A program made the translations under genes and the position numbers. The notes under the pieces were generated by a model, which did not search any database, was not told where the DNA came from, and was given only the letters and a program-made list of their open reading frames with translations. From sequence record DRR378314_123: a stretch of 64,000 bases of DNA. The stretch is one strand, 5' to 3'. This document shows positions 27,272 through 37,214 of this stretch, in pieces. Position 1 is the stretch's first letter, and each line of letters opens with the position of its first letter.

Positions 27272-28419
27272 CAGGACTTCTCCAGGGCAAACGGGGCACC
27301 ATGCTCGGCCCACTGGGCATCCGGGACAATCACGATCTTGCCCAGATAGTTGCTGTTGCGATTGACGAAATAGCGTTCGGCTTCGTGCAGCTCGGAAAGC
27401 CTGAAAGCAGCGTGCAGCACCGGCTTCAGTTGCCCGCTGCGAATCCAGGCGACCAGTTGTTCCGCCTCTTCACGGGTACCGTGTGACACGCCGAACAGCT
27501 GAACCTGATACAGGTAGATTCGCGTCCACATGATTTCGCTGACGTTCCCGGCACTGGCGCCGGCGATGCTGAGCCTCGGATAATCGCCGCGGCTGTTCAT
27601 GTCAAAGATCATGGTGTCGATAAACTGGTCGGTCATCTCGCCGCCGGCCAGATCCATCACGGCATCAATGGGTTGGCCACCGGTGACACTCCGTACCCTG
27701 TCCGTGAAGTTGTCCATTTCAGAACGGTCCAGCACGGCTTCGGCACCCAGCTTGAGTAATGAGTCCGCCTTGTCACGCTGGCTCAGCGCATAGGGAATGG
27801 CACCCATAACGCGACAAAGCTGGATAAGGGCGGTGCCCACACCGCCGCTGGCACCGGTAACCAGGATGTGTTCGCCCGCCTTCACCCGCGCGGAAGTCAA
27901 CATGTGAAGGGCAGTCTGGTAGGAGCACATGCCCATGGACGCGAGTTCGGCATCGGCCAGGCCGGCGCTCTCGACATGGTGAAACTGGTTGGAGGGCACA
28001 GCGATGTATTCCGCAAACCCGCCGTCGGCGCCGTGGCCGTAATAGTCCGGGGTCAGGTTGATATCCCGGCGGTCATCGGCGTAAAGATTGAAGTCCAACA
28101 GGCCCCGCTGGCCTATCCGTGAGTCGTCGACGCCCTCGCCTACAGCCACGACGTGACCAACGACATCCGCCCCCTGGATTCTGGGAAAGGTCAACGTGGG
28201 TGAACCACCCATCTGAAAGGAGGTCACGTCGCCCTTGTCCTTGGTGGGATACAGGCCCTCGCGGGCCTTGCGGTCGGTGTTGTTTTTGGCGGTGGCGGTG
28301 ACCTGGACGAGCACGTCACCCGCGCCAGGGGCCGGAGTGGGTACGTCCTCGGTGTATTCCAGTTTCTCAATGCCACCGTGGCCGGTGAGCAGCATGGCTT
28401 TCATGGTCTTCGGGATCAT
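27271..28419 (-). CDS. MDR-superfamily (quinone oxidoreductase-like) NAD(P)H-dependent oxidoreductase
   Basis: FPRIQGADVVG, DGGFAEY, VTGASGGVG and GKIVI. No Zn-Cys motifs (AKNNTD). Confidence 0.88.
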   Translation of the reverse strand: MIPKTMKAMLLTGHGGIEKLEYTEDVPTPAPGAGDVLVQVTATAKNNTDRKAREGLYPTKDKGDVTSFQMGGSPTLTFPRIQGADVVGHVVAVGEGVDDSRIGQRGLLDFNLYADDRRDINLTPDYYGHGADGGFAEYIAVPSNQFHHVESAGLADAELASMGMCSYQTALHMLTSARVKAGEHILVTGASGGVGTALIQLCRVMGAIPYALSQRDKADSLLKLGAEAVLDRSEMDNFTDRVRSVTGGQPIDAVMDLAGGEMTDQFIDTMIFDMNSRGDYPRLSIAGASAGNVSEIMWTRIYLYQVQLFGVSHGTREEAEQLVAWIRSGQLKPVLHAAFRLSELHEAERYFVNRNSNYLGKIVIVPDAQWAEHGAPFALEKS

Positions 28420-28505
28420 GGGCGTTCTGCTCCTGTTTCTGCTGGGTATCCGGTCAGGATAGGCCAGATTTGCAGCAGTGTCAGGGGGCACTTTCTACCG
28501 CGCAA

Positions 28506-29579
28506 TCACCGCGCAATAACCTTGTAAATCGGCCGCAGTTTCGGGATCTGTTTGAGGAATACCTGGATGATGGTCATCAGGGGAACCGCCAGCAGCACGC
28601 CAACCGGGCCCCACAACCAGCCCCAGAAGAAGATGGATACGAAGATGACCACGGGGTTGATGGCCATGCGGAAACCGTGGATCCAGGGTTCGATGAAAAA
28701 CCCGACGGTGGAGGTAAGGGCCAGGTACCCAAGTGGGGCGACGGCCATCATCCAGAGCGTATCCAGGCTGGTGGCAGACACCACTGCCAGCAATATAATG
28801 GTCAGGATAACACCCAGATAAGGGATGAACCGGGCCAGGCCCGCGACCAGCCCCCAGACAGCTGGATCCGGAAGGCCCACCGCCCAGCAGATCAGTCCGG
28901 TAGTGATGCCAACCAGTAGGTTACTCAGGCTGAGTACCGCCAGATATTGGGCGATTTGCTGCTGGGAATCACGGGCAATCTGGAGCACGTTTCGTCGCTG
29001 TCGCCTCGGGAGCTGGCGCACGAAGTTGAGTATGATGCGGTCACCACCTACCAGCAGGAAATAGGTCAGCGCCAGCGCAAGCGCGAGACCGGCTGCGGCG
29101 TTACGGGCCTTGCTCATTAGCTGGTTACGCCACGAGTCAGTTTGCAGAACGACGGTGTTGGTTGTGGTCTGCTGGTCTTTGGAAAGCTCGTCCATCGACT
29201 TTTCCACTTTCTTGGCAGACTCGTTGACCTTTTCAATCTGGCTTTTTATGCCACTCTCCCCCATGAGCAACCGGGAGATTCCCTGCGGTGCCTGCTGCGC
29301 CCACTCCAGGGCGGGGGTCGCGACGGCGGCGCCAATGCCCGCCAGACCGGCGATCACCACGATCATCAGCACCAATGAGCTCAGCACCCTTGGAATCCCG
29401 GCTTTGTCATAGGCCTTTTTGACAAGCGGAAACAACAGCAGGCTTGTAAGGACCGCCAACACAATCGGCAGGACAATCTGATGGGCGACGTAGAGCGTGT
29501 AGAGTATCCCGAGAGCAAAGAGGCCATTCAGTGGTGTCGCGAGATCTGAGCGTGCTGGCTGTTCGTTGTCGTTGTTCAT
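28506..29579 (-). CDS. AI-2E family transporter
   Basis: FIPYLG and INPVVIFVSIFFWGWLWGPVGVLLAVP. Confidence 0.9.
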   Translation of the reverse strand: MNNDNEQPARSDLATPLNGLFALGILYTLYVAHQIVLPIVLAVLTSLLLFPLVKKAYDKAGIPRVLSSLVLMIVVIAGLAGIGAAVATPALEWAQQAPQGISRLLMGESGIKSQIEKVNESAKKVEKSMDELSKDQQTTTNTVVLQTDSWRNQLMSKARNAAAGLALALALTYFLLVGGDRIILNFVRQLPRRQRRNVLQIARDSQQQIAQYLAVLSLSNLLVGITTGLICWAVGLPDPAVWGLVAGLARFIPYLGVILTIILLAVVSATSLDTLWMMAVAPLGYLALTSTVGFFIEPWIHGFRMAINPVVIFVSIFFWGWLWGPVGVLLAVPLMTIIQVFLKQIPKLRPIYKVIAR

Positions 29580-29767
29580 GCAGGTCCGTGCACCTTGTCC
29601 GGCTGTATTAGGGGTTTGGCGGCGGATGCGCCAGGAGGCACAGTGTACCTGTCCCTCTCCGGCCATTCAGCCCTTTTGGGTCATCGGTCGGTCATTGCCG
29701 CCCGGTCACTTTTGTTGTAACACAGAACCCGATACCCTGTTGGAAACTGTTTCCCAAGAGTTCACAC

Positions 29768-30196
29768 ATGGCAACGTACAGAATTGAGATTGATGAAACC
29801 TTTGATGTGCCGCGCAACCGTGTGTTCGCGCTGTTTGCGGATCATGAGCGCTTCGGTAAGTTGCTGGGCGCGCCCGTCAAACGCATTCGCGACAGTGACC
29901 AGGCCGACCCCAACGGGTTGGGGTCCATCCGCAAGATCGGCATCGGGCCCATCGGCCTTGAGGAGACCGTCATTGCCTTCGAGCCAGGCGTACTCATCGA
30001 GTATACGATTTCCAGCTTGAGCCCCATTCGCAACCATCTCGGCCGTATTCGCTTTGACGATGCCGCCAACGGCAGGACTCGCGTCCAGTACACCATTTCC
30101 TTTGACGACATCGTGCCGCTCACCGGCAAACTGGTCAGCTCCGCCCTCGACCAGGGAATCCGCAGGGGTATCCGCAAGGTGCCCCAACTGGCCTGA
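29768..30196 (+). CDS. SRPBCC (polyketide cyclase/START-like) protein
   Basis: VPRNRVFALFADHE, GLGSIR and EETVIAFEP..IEY. Confidence 0.85.
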   Translation: MATYRIEIDETFDVPRNRVFALFADHERFGKLLGAPVKRIRDSDQADPNGLGSIRKIGIGPIGLEETVIAFEPGVLIEYTISSLSPIRNHLGRIRFDDAANGRTRVQYTISFDDIVPLTGKLVSSALDQGIRRGIRKVPQLA

Positions 30197-30343
30197 GTGG
30201 CTTTACATATCGTTACCTGACGAATATCAGTTTATTGACCTGACGCAACCGCACACACACGCCGTTTTTGTACTCTCCCCGGACATTACACAGCACCCAG
30301 CCCGTCCGGGCCGGGCCCGCACTCAGTCTACCGGGAGACAGCA

Positions 30344-31171
30344 ATGACAGCGGAACCCATCGTTCTGTTCGATAACGGGCATCACAAATGCCTGATGTTC
30401 GACTCACTCGTAACCGGTGAGGGTGTTCAGTCCAACCAGTTCCTGATCGTTGATGGCAAGCACGAAGCCCTCATTGATCCGGGCGGCGACCTGACCTATA
30501 CCCCGCTCTCCGTTGCCGCATCAAGGTACATGAACATTCGCGACATAGACTACGTCTTCGCCTCGCATCAGGACCCCGATATCATTGGCGCCATTGACCG
30601 GTGGATCGTTCATACCAAAGCAACCATCGTGACCTCACGCTTGTGGGCGCGCTTCCTGCCGCATCTTGTGTCCGGCTACGTCACGCAACAGCTATCCGGA
30701 AGCGTGTACGATCGAATTGCAAGCGTACCGGATGGCGGCATCAACGTACCGTTTGGGGACACCTTTATTCAGTGTCTACCGGCACACTTCATGCACTCTG
30801 TGGGCAACCTGCAGTTCTATGACCCGGTCTCAAAAATCCTTTTCTCCGGTGATCTCGGGGCGTCCATGGGCGGTGGGGACGATCACAAACCGGTGACGGA
30901 TTTTGACCAGCACATCCCCCAGATGATCGGTTTTCACAGGCGCTACATCGCGTCACGCAAGGTGTGCGGTCTTTGGGCAAACATGATCAGACACATGGAC
31001 GTCAGCGCGATTGTTCCACAACATGGCAAGCGCTTTGAGGGCGCACTCATGGTGGAGCGGTTTCTGGACTGGGTGTCCAGCGTTGACTGCGGCATCGATC
31101 TTGTTGACCAGGACAATTATTCTCAACCGGTGGATTACCTGGACGCCCACCGAAGCCGTGTCAATGCGTGA
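30344..31171 (+). CDS. MBL-fold protein, ODP (oxygen-binding di-iron protein)/FprA-N-like
   Basis: QSNQFLI, IDPGG, SHQDPD, PAHFMHS, FSGD and PQHG. No flavodoxin domain. Confidence 0.82.
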   Translation: MTAEPIVLFDNGHHKCLMFDSLVTGEGVQSNQFLIVDGKHEALIDPGGDLTYTPLSVAASRYMNIRDIDYVFASHQDPDIIGAIDRWIVHTKATIVTSRLWARFLPHLVSGYVTQQLSGSVYDRIASVPDGGINVPFGDTFIQCLPAHFMHSVGNLQFYDPVSKILFSGDLGASMGGGDDHKPVTDFDQHIPQMIGFHRRYIASRKVCGLWANMIRHMDVSAIVPQHGKRFEGALMVERFLDWVSSVDCGIDLVDQDNYSQPVDYLDAHRSRVNA

Positions 31172-31298
31172 GTAGGCCCATCAGTCTCTGGACACGGTAC
31201 GTTCGCGCCGGCGGTTCGCGGCCTCGTAAATAAGGCTGTCGCCGGCCTGTCTAGTCGAGTAAAATCCGCACTTTTGAAAACGACATTGAGGCAGCGTA

Positions 31299-32021
31299 AT
31301 GGGCAGAGCCTATCAGAATCGCAAAGACTCCATGGCCAAAACGGCCGCCGCCAAAACCAAGGTCTACAGCAAGTATGGCCGCGAAATCTATGTGTGCGCC
31401 AAGTCCGGCGGCCCGGACCCGGAAGCCAACCTCAGCCTGCGAGGACTGATCGACCGTGCCAAGAAGGATCAGGTACCCGCGCATGTCATTGAGAAGGCCA
31501 TCGAGAAAGCCCGGGGCGGAGCCGGAGAGGACTTTTCCCCGGCCCGTTATGAAGGGTTTGGCCCCGGTAACTGTATGGCCATTGTGGATTGCCTGACCGA
31601 CAACCCCAACCGCACCTTCGGCGACGTGCGCCTGGCGTTCACCAAAACCAAGTGCAAGATCGGCACCCAAGGCAGCGTCAGCCATATGTTCGATCACTGC
31701 GCTATTCTTGGCTTCAAGGGAGACGACGAGGAAGCGGCCCTGGAAGCACTGATGATGGCGGATGTGGATGTCACCGACATTGAACACGAAGATGGCATGA
31801 TCACGGTGTTCGCGCCCCACACCGAATACGCCAAGGCGCGCCAGGCACTGCAGGAAGCATTTGAAGGCCTGGAATTTGAAGTGGACGAGATTCAGTTTCT
31901 GCCCCAGACCACCACCACGGTCGAAGGCGATGATATCGAGCTGTTCGAAAAGTTCATGGACATGCTGAACGACCTCGACGACGTCCAGAACGTCTATCAC
32001 AACGCAGTCATCGCGGACTGA
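31299..32021 (+). CDS. YebC/PmpR family protein
   Basis: [23 protein letters not shown] and DDVQNVYHN. Confidence 0.95.
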   Translation: MGRAYQNRKDSMAKTAAAKTKVYSKYGREIYVCAKSGGPDPEANLSLRGLIDRAKKDQVPAHVIEKAIEKARGGAGEDFSPARYEGFGPGNCMAIVDCLTDNPNRTFGDVRLAFTKTKCKIGTQGSVSHMFDHCAILGFKGDDEEAALEALMMADVDVTDIEHEDGMITVFAPHTEYAKARQALQEAFEGLEFEVDEIQFLPQTTTTVEGDDIELFEKFMDMLNDLDDVQNVYHNAVIAD

Positions 32022-32034
32022 CGGGAGCAATACC

Positions 32035-32772
32035 TTGGCCAGGGTCGTCATACTCAAAACGGGCACCACCTACCCCTCTCTCCTGGAGTCGTTCGGCGAC
32101 TTCGACAGCTGGTTCGTGGCCAGGCTGGCACCGGAACTTGACCTCCAGGTGGTGGATGTCACGGTGGACGATCTGCCAGGCAAGCCCGGGGACTGGGACG
32201 GCATTGTGGTGACGGGGTCACCGGCCATGGTCAGCGACCGGGCGCCCTGGAGTGAGCGTACTGGCAGCTGGCTGGCAGAGGCCGTAACGGCGGAAGTGCC
32301 GGTTCTGGGTGTCTGCTATGGCCATCAGTTGCTCGCCCACGCCCTTGGAGGCGAAGCTGGCTATCACCCACGGGGCCGGGAAACTGGCACTCACCCGGTG
32401 GAACTGCTGGATGCCGCAATGGACGACCCACTGTTCGAAGATTTTCCGAAAACGTTCCCGGCGCAACTGACCCATCGGCAATCGGTGCTCCGGTTGCCGG
32501 ACAACGCGGTTCTACTGGGCCGCAATGAGTTTGAGCCGCACCAGGCATTTCGCGTGGGACGGTGCGCCTGGGGAGTGCAGTTCCATCCGGAGTTCTCGGC
32601 AGAGGTGATGCGCGCCTACCTCAAGGTGCAGGCACCGGATCTGGAAAAGGAAGGACTGGATGCCAAGGCACTGATCGAGAACGTGCTCGACGCGCCGAAC
32701 GCCACATCCCTTCTCGGGCGGTTCTCACGACTGGTGCTGAACAGCCAGCGAACCGGCCCGACGGGACATTAA
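32035..32772 (+). CDS. Class I glutamine amidotransferase-like protein
   Basis: VTGSP, LGVCYGHQ and GVQFHPE (Cys-His-Glu triad). Confidence 0.9.
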   Translation: MARVVILKTGTTYPSLLESFGDFDSWFVARLAPELDLQVVDVTVDDLPGKPGDWDGIVVTGSPAMVSDRAPWSERTGSWLAEAVTAEVPVLGVCYGHQLLAHALGGEAGYHPRGRETGTHPVELLDAAMDDPLFEDFPKTFPAQLTHRQSVLRLPDNAVLLGRNEFEPHQAFRVGRCAWGVQFHPEFSAEVMRAYLKVQAPDLEKEGLDAKALIENVLDAPNATSLLGRFSRLVLNSQRTGPTGH

Positions 32773-33119
32773 TCCAGTATATAGGCGGTCTTTTCCAGAG
32801 CATTTTCCTCTTCGTCAATGAAGCGGAATTCGTTCCAGCCAATGCGGACCAGGTCATTGCTGTTCAGGCGCTGGCGTCGATCGATCCGGAGTTCGTTCAC
32901 AAACGTCCCGTTAGTACTGTTCTGATCGGTGATGTAATAGTCCACCGTACCTTCGAGGTACGCATTGGGCACCGCCTCAATCAACGCATGATGGCCACTG
33001 ACGGAGATCTCGTCGATGCGGATATCGTTATCGCCGCGCCTGCCGACATGAATCTCCGGCTGATCCAGCTCAAAGGTGGTCACCACAACGTTGTCCACCA
33101 GTTGGGAAAGTGACGCCAT
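32769..33119 (-). CDS. FHA domain protein
   Basis: VGR, SVSGHHA and STNGTFVN. Confidence 0.92.
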   Translation of the reverse strand: MASLSQLVDNVVVTTFELDQPEIHVGRRGDNDIRIDEISVSGHHALIEAVPNAYLEGTVDYYITDQNSTNGTFVNELRIDRRQRLNSNDLVRIGWNEFRFIDEEENALEKTAYILD

Positions 33120-33134
33120 ACAAGGCCTCCTCCA

Positions 33135-33881
33135 TTAATTAAAAATCAACAGTACAACGGACACGTTGTCGGCCGCCTCGTTCTCCAGGCTCGCATCCAC
33201 CAGCGCCTGGGCCTTATCTTCAGGTGATTCATGCTCTGACATCAACGGCAGCCATTGGTCCTCCGGCAATGCCCCGGTAAGGCCATCGGAGCACAACAAC
33301 AGTGCGTCGCCCGCCTCCATCCTCACACGGCGGAAACTCGCGATGGCCGACGAAGCGCCGAGCGCACGGGTCAACACATTACGGAAAGGCACATGGGGCA
33401 CGTCATCCGGGCGGATACTGCCATCGTCCAGCATGTTCTGTACAACCGTGTCGTCCCGCGTCTGGCACTCAAGGTCACCCTTGTGGGCGAGATAGCAGCG
33501 TGAATCCCCAAGATGGGCGACATGGGCCTCGCCATCGATCACCCAGACCATCACCAGTGTGGTACCCATCTTGGCCAGATCCGGGTCCCCTACCCGGCGT
33601 TCTGAAATTCGTTCGCTGGCGAGATTAATCGCAAGCTGAATAGCGTCGTCCGGCTCATCGGGCTGGCCAGCGCCTGACGACAGCCAGGGATTCAGTACCT
33701 CCATCACCGTATCCACGGCAATGCGGCTGGCCACTTCTCCGCCCTGGTAACCGCCCATACCATCGGCAACCACCAGCAGCGCCTGCCGACCATCCTCACT
33801 GACTCGCCAATCAATGGCGTCCTGATTCGCCTTACGCACAGCGCCCACATCGGTAACGCCAGCCACCAGAGGATTCATCAC
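33135..33881 (-). CDS. PP2C-family Ser/Thr protein phosphatase
   Basis: TDVGAVRKANQD, VADGMGG, MGTT, HLGDSR, CSDGL and DNVS. Confidence 0.94.
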   Translation of the reverse strand: MMNPLVAGVTDVGAVRKANQDAIDWRVSEDGRQALLVVADGMGGYQGGEVASRIAVDTVMEVLNPWLSSGAGQPDEPDDAIQLAINLASERISERRVGDPDLAKMGTTLVMVWVIDGEAHVAHLGDSRCYLAHKGDLECQTRDDTVVQNMLDDGSIRPDDVPHVPFRNVLTRALGASSAIASFRRVRMEAGDALLLCSDGLTGALPEDQWLPLMSEHESPEDKAQALVDASLENEAADNVSVVLLIFN

Positions 33882-35569
33882 GATGCTTCCTCCCTTGCCT
33901 CACGGCTCGCCTGCTTTCGCAACGCTTCCGCCATTGTGGCGGCACTCAGGAAGCGTTTGTCAGGCTCCCGCTGTATGGCTTTATTAATCAGACGGACAAC
34001 ACCGCTTGGTAGTTCCGGATTGAACTCGCGGACACTCCGAGGACGCTTGTTCAGAATCTGGTAAGTCAGATTTGCCAGCGTGTCCCCCTGATAAGGTGTC
34101 TCGCCACACACCAATTTGTACAAGGTTATACCCAGACTGTAGGTATCGGTGGCGCCAGAGACTTTCTGCCCCTTGAGCTGCTCCGGAGACATATAGAGCG
34201 GGCTTCCCATGACATTGCCTGTGCGGGTGCGGGAGTCGTCCGAGATCTTGGCGATACCAAAATCAGTGATCTTTATCTCTCCGTTGTCTGGATTAAAGAT
34301 GATGTTCCCCGGCTTTATATCGCGGTGAATGATCTTCTGGCGGTGCGCGTAATCAAGCGCATCCGCCACCCTGGCGACGATATCCAGCACCGTCGCCAGC
34401 GGCAGTAACCGGCCCGGCTTGCCAAATTCACTGAGCGGCCGCCCTTTTGCGTAGTCCATGGCGATAAACGCCAGGTCCGCCTCCTCCCCCACGTCGTAGA
34501 CCGTAACGATCGCCGGATGGCTCAGCCGGCCTGCTGCTTCCGCCTCCCGGAAGAAGCGGGATTTCAGATCCCGAAGCTCATTGTCATCAAACGCCTGGTA
34601 ACTGAGGGTTTTGATGGCCACGGTACGGGCTATCTTCGGGTCCTTTCCAAGGTACACCACGCCCATGGCACCTCGCCCGATTTCCCGCTCGATCTCGTAG
34701 CGGCCCAGGGTGGGCCGGCTGACGCTCTGCTCAGGCAGCAACAGGGTCCGCGTATTGTCAAACCCACCGGGAGCAACAACCGTTGCCTCGGCCGTCAGGC
34801 TTCCGAGTGCCGCGAGGCGCTTATCAGCGTCCCGGTATTTCCGCTTCTGCTGGAGAATCTGCTGGTAGGTGGCGCAGGCTTTGTCATACTGACGTTTGCG
34901 CTCCTGCTGAATGGCAATGTCGTATTGCAGGGCCAACGTATCGTCGGTGGGGGGGCATTCGGCCAGCACCTCCAACGCCTCATCGGGCTGGCCCTGTTGC
35001 AACAACAGGCGGCCGAGGCGAGTACGGGCTGCGCGGACATTCTCCGACAACGCGACGATATCCCGCCTCGGCTGCAGCCAGAACAGCATGATGATGTAGC
35101 CGACTATCAGCAGGGTGACCACTTCACCCAATGGCAACCAGGCGTTTTGATAGAACATGAACGCGGCTTGCAAGACCACGAGGCCACCCGCGATCAGCAA
35201 CAGCACCGGCAAAGCGACGGCGCCGCCCATTCTGGGAACCGCAAGCACCAGAATGAGTGTTGACGCCATCAACCCGGCGCGAATGGCCAGTGCCGACCAC
35301 TCCGGCTCGACGAGCCCACGGGCCTGCAAGGCCGTTGCAAATGCGTCCGGGGTCATGTCCACAACCCGAACCGCATCCCCGATACCCGCAGGATTGCCAA
35401 GTGCGCTGAACAGCACCCGATCCAACCAACCCAACAGCGGCAAGACGTCACCCATGAACACACAGGCCAACGCCAGCACAACAACGAGCAGGCGCAAGCT
35501 GAACAGACGGGAACCAATAAAAGCCAGTGAATTCACAGGAATCGTTATCGTAAATGATTGATCCTGCAA
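33878..35569 (-). CDS. Membrane-anchored Hanks-type Ser/Thr protein kinase
   Basis: Four TM segments, TPR-like linker, IGRGAMGVVY, VAIK, HRDIKPGN, DFG and YMSPEQ. Start uncertain. Confidence 0.94.
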   Translation of the reverse strand: MQDQSFTITIPVNSLAFIGSRLFSLRLLVVVLALACVFMGDVLPLLGWLDRVLFSALGNPAGIGDAVRVVDMTPDAFATALQARGLVEPEWSALAIRAGLMASTLILVLAVPRMGGAVALPVLLLIAGGLVVLQAAFMFYQNAWLPLGEVVTLLIVGYIIMLFWLQPRRDIVALSENVRAARTRLGRLLLQQGQPDEALEVLAECPPTDDTLALQYDIAIQQERKRQYDKACATYQQILQQKRKYRDADKRLAALGSLTAEATVVAPGGFDNTRTLLLPEQSVSRPTLGRYEIEREIGRGAMGVVYLGKDPKIARTVAIKTLSYQAFDDNELRDLKSRFFREAEAAGRLSHPAIVTVYDVGEEADLAFIAMDYAKGRPLSEFGKPGRLLPLATVLDIVARVADALDYAHRQKIIHRDIKPGNIIFNPDNGEIKITDFGIAKISDDSRTRTGNVMGSPLYMSPEQLKGQKVSGATDTYSLGITLYKLVCGETPYQGDTLANLTYQILNKRPRSVREFNPELPSGVVRLINKAIQREPDKRFLSAATMAEALRKQASREAREEAS

Positions 35570-35752
35570 GTTTAGAAAGTGAATGCCAGCTGCGATAGGT
35601 CAAGAACGACGTTTTTTGTAAGTGTTTGTTTACCTGGGACCAGGATCACGTCGCGACCATTATTAATCCAGGATGACATGGGTGTAAGGACGACACAGGT
35701 TCCGGTGCAGTATAGTTTCGCTTTTGGACCTATTCCGCCAGGAAGCAAGACA

Positions 35753-37195
35753 ATGACAGTGAAGTTACTGATCGGTCTGATTGTTCTGACCATCACAACA
35801 ACCGGCTTCTACCACACATTGAAACCGTTACCCCCCGGGATTGGCTATGAGGGCACGGCACACCCTCTGACGAATGCGCGGATGCTCACCGACAGGACCC
35901 TGCATTTCGGCAACGAGGAGCCACGGCTCGACCACGAAATATTCAACGAAGCCTTCGACATGATTTCGAACGCCCGCCGTTTCGTGCTGGTGGACATGTT
36001 CCTCTTCAACGGTACCCGCGAGGAAGGTAGCCGTCAGCGACCACTGGCGGAAGAACTCACCAATGCGTTGATTGAGCGCCGCCAGACAAACCCGGAACTG
36101 CGGGTCGTGGTCATTTCCGACCCCATAAACACGGTCTACGGTGGCACAGTCTCGCCCTATTTCCAGACACTCAGGCAAGCGGGCATTCCCGTGGTGGAAA
36201 CCCGTCTGGGCCGCCTTCGCGACAGCAACCCGACCTGGTCCGCCCTATGGCGATTCTGTTGCCAATGGATGAGCAATTCGGAAACCGGTGGCTGGTTGCC
36301 GAACGCGCTGGGTGAGCAGCCAGTCACCTTGCGCAGCTACCTCGCGCTTCCTAACTTCAAGGCCAACCATCGTAAGGTACTGATTACGGACGACGAAGAC
36401 GGCTTGAGCGCCCTGGTGACCTCCGCCAACCCACACGATGGCAGTAGCCGGCACAGCAACATTGGCCTGCGATTCGGAGGGCCTGCCGTGGCCGATCTCT
36501 TGCGCAGTGAGCGTGCCGTCCTGGCTCTCTCCGATGCAAACACCGAGGTGGTGGACGAAATGATCAGCGAGTTGCCACAAACGGCGGCCGGCATCGATTC
36601 GGTCGATACCATCCAGGTGGTGACGGAATCGGCCATACGGACAGCCGCCAAGGACATCATTGGCAACGCAAAGACGGGCGACAGACTGGACCTGGCCATG
36701 TTCTACCTGTCACACCGAACGTTGCTGGAAGCGCTGAAGGAGGCCCACGATCGCGGTGTCGAAGTTCGGGTACTGCTGGACGCCAACAACGATGCCTTCG
36801 GCATGGAAAAAAGCGGCATACCCAACCGACAGGCCGCGATGGAGCTCAATGGCGCCGGCATTACCGTACGCTGGTGTAATACCGAGGGTGAACAGTGTCA
36901 CAGTAAGCTGCTGGTCAGGCGGAACACTAACGGCAAGGCCCAATTGCTGTTGGGTTCGGCCAATTTCACCCGACGCAACCTTGATGACCTGAATCTGGAA
37001 ACCAGTGTGCGAGTGCGCTCCGATGACCACTCGGAGATCGTCCGCAAGGCAGCCGGATTCTTCGATGACCAATGGAACCACGGGCCGGGAGAAACACCGG
37101 TGATGAGTCTGCCCTACAACGCCTGGGCGGACGAATCCCGGATACGATATTGGCAATACAGGTTGATGGAGGCCACGGGACTGTCTACGTTCTAA
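35753..37195 (+). CDS. Phospholipase D family protein
   Basis: NHRKVLITD..TSAN and CHSKLLVRR..GSAN, with an N-terminal TM. Confidence 0.87.
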   Translation: MTVKLLIGLIVLTITTTGFYHTLKPLPPGIGYEGTAHPLTNARMLTDRTLHFGNEEPRLDHEIFNEAFDMISNARRFVLVDMFLFNGTREEGSRQRPLAEELTNALIERRQTNPELRVVVISDPINTVYGGTVSPYFQTLRQAGIPVVETRLGRLRDSNPTWSALWRFCCQWMSNSETGGWLPNALGEQPVTLRSYLALPNFKANHRKVLITDDEDGLSALVTSANPHDGSSRHSNIGLRFGGPAVADLLRSERAVLALSDANTEVVDEMISELPQTAAGIDSVDTIQVVTESAIRTAAKDIIGNAKTGDRLDLAMFYLSHRTLLEALKEAHDRGVEVRVLLDANNDAFGMEKSGIPNRQAAMELNGAGITVRWCNTEGEQCHSKLLVRRNTNGKAQLLLGSANFTRRNLDDLNLETSVRVRSDDHSEIVRKAAGFFDDQWNHGPGETPVMSLPYNAWADESRIRYWQYRLMEATGLSTF

Positions 37196-37214
37196 TCCTG
37201 AAGAGGTAAAAACC

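Noticed and set aside
32769..37195. PLD plus kinase/phosphatase/FHA as an anti-phage defence island or T6SS
   Set aside because: No helicase, nuclease, mobile-element or T6SS structural genes nearby, and the PLD is membrane-anchored.
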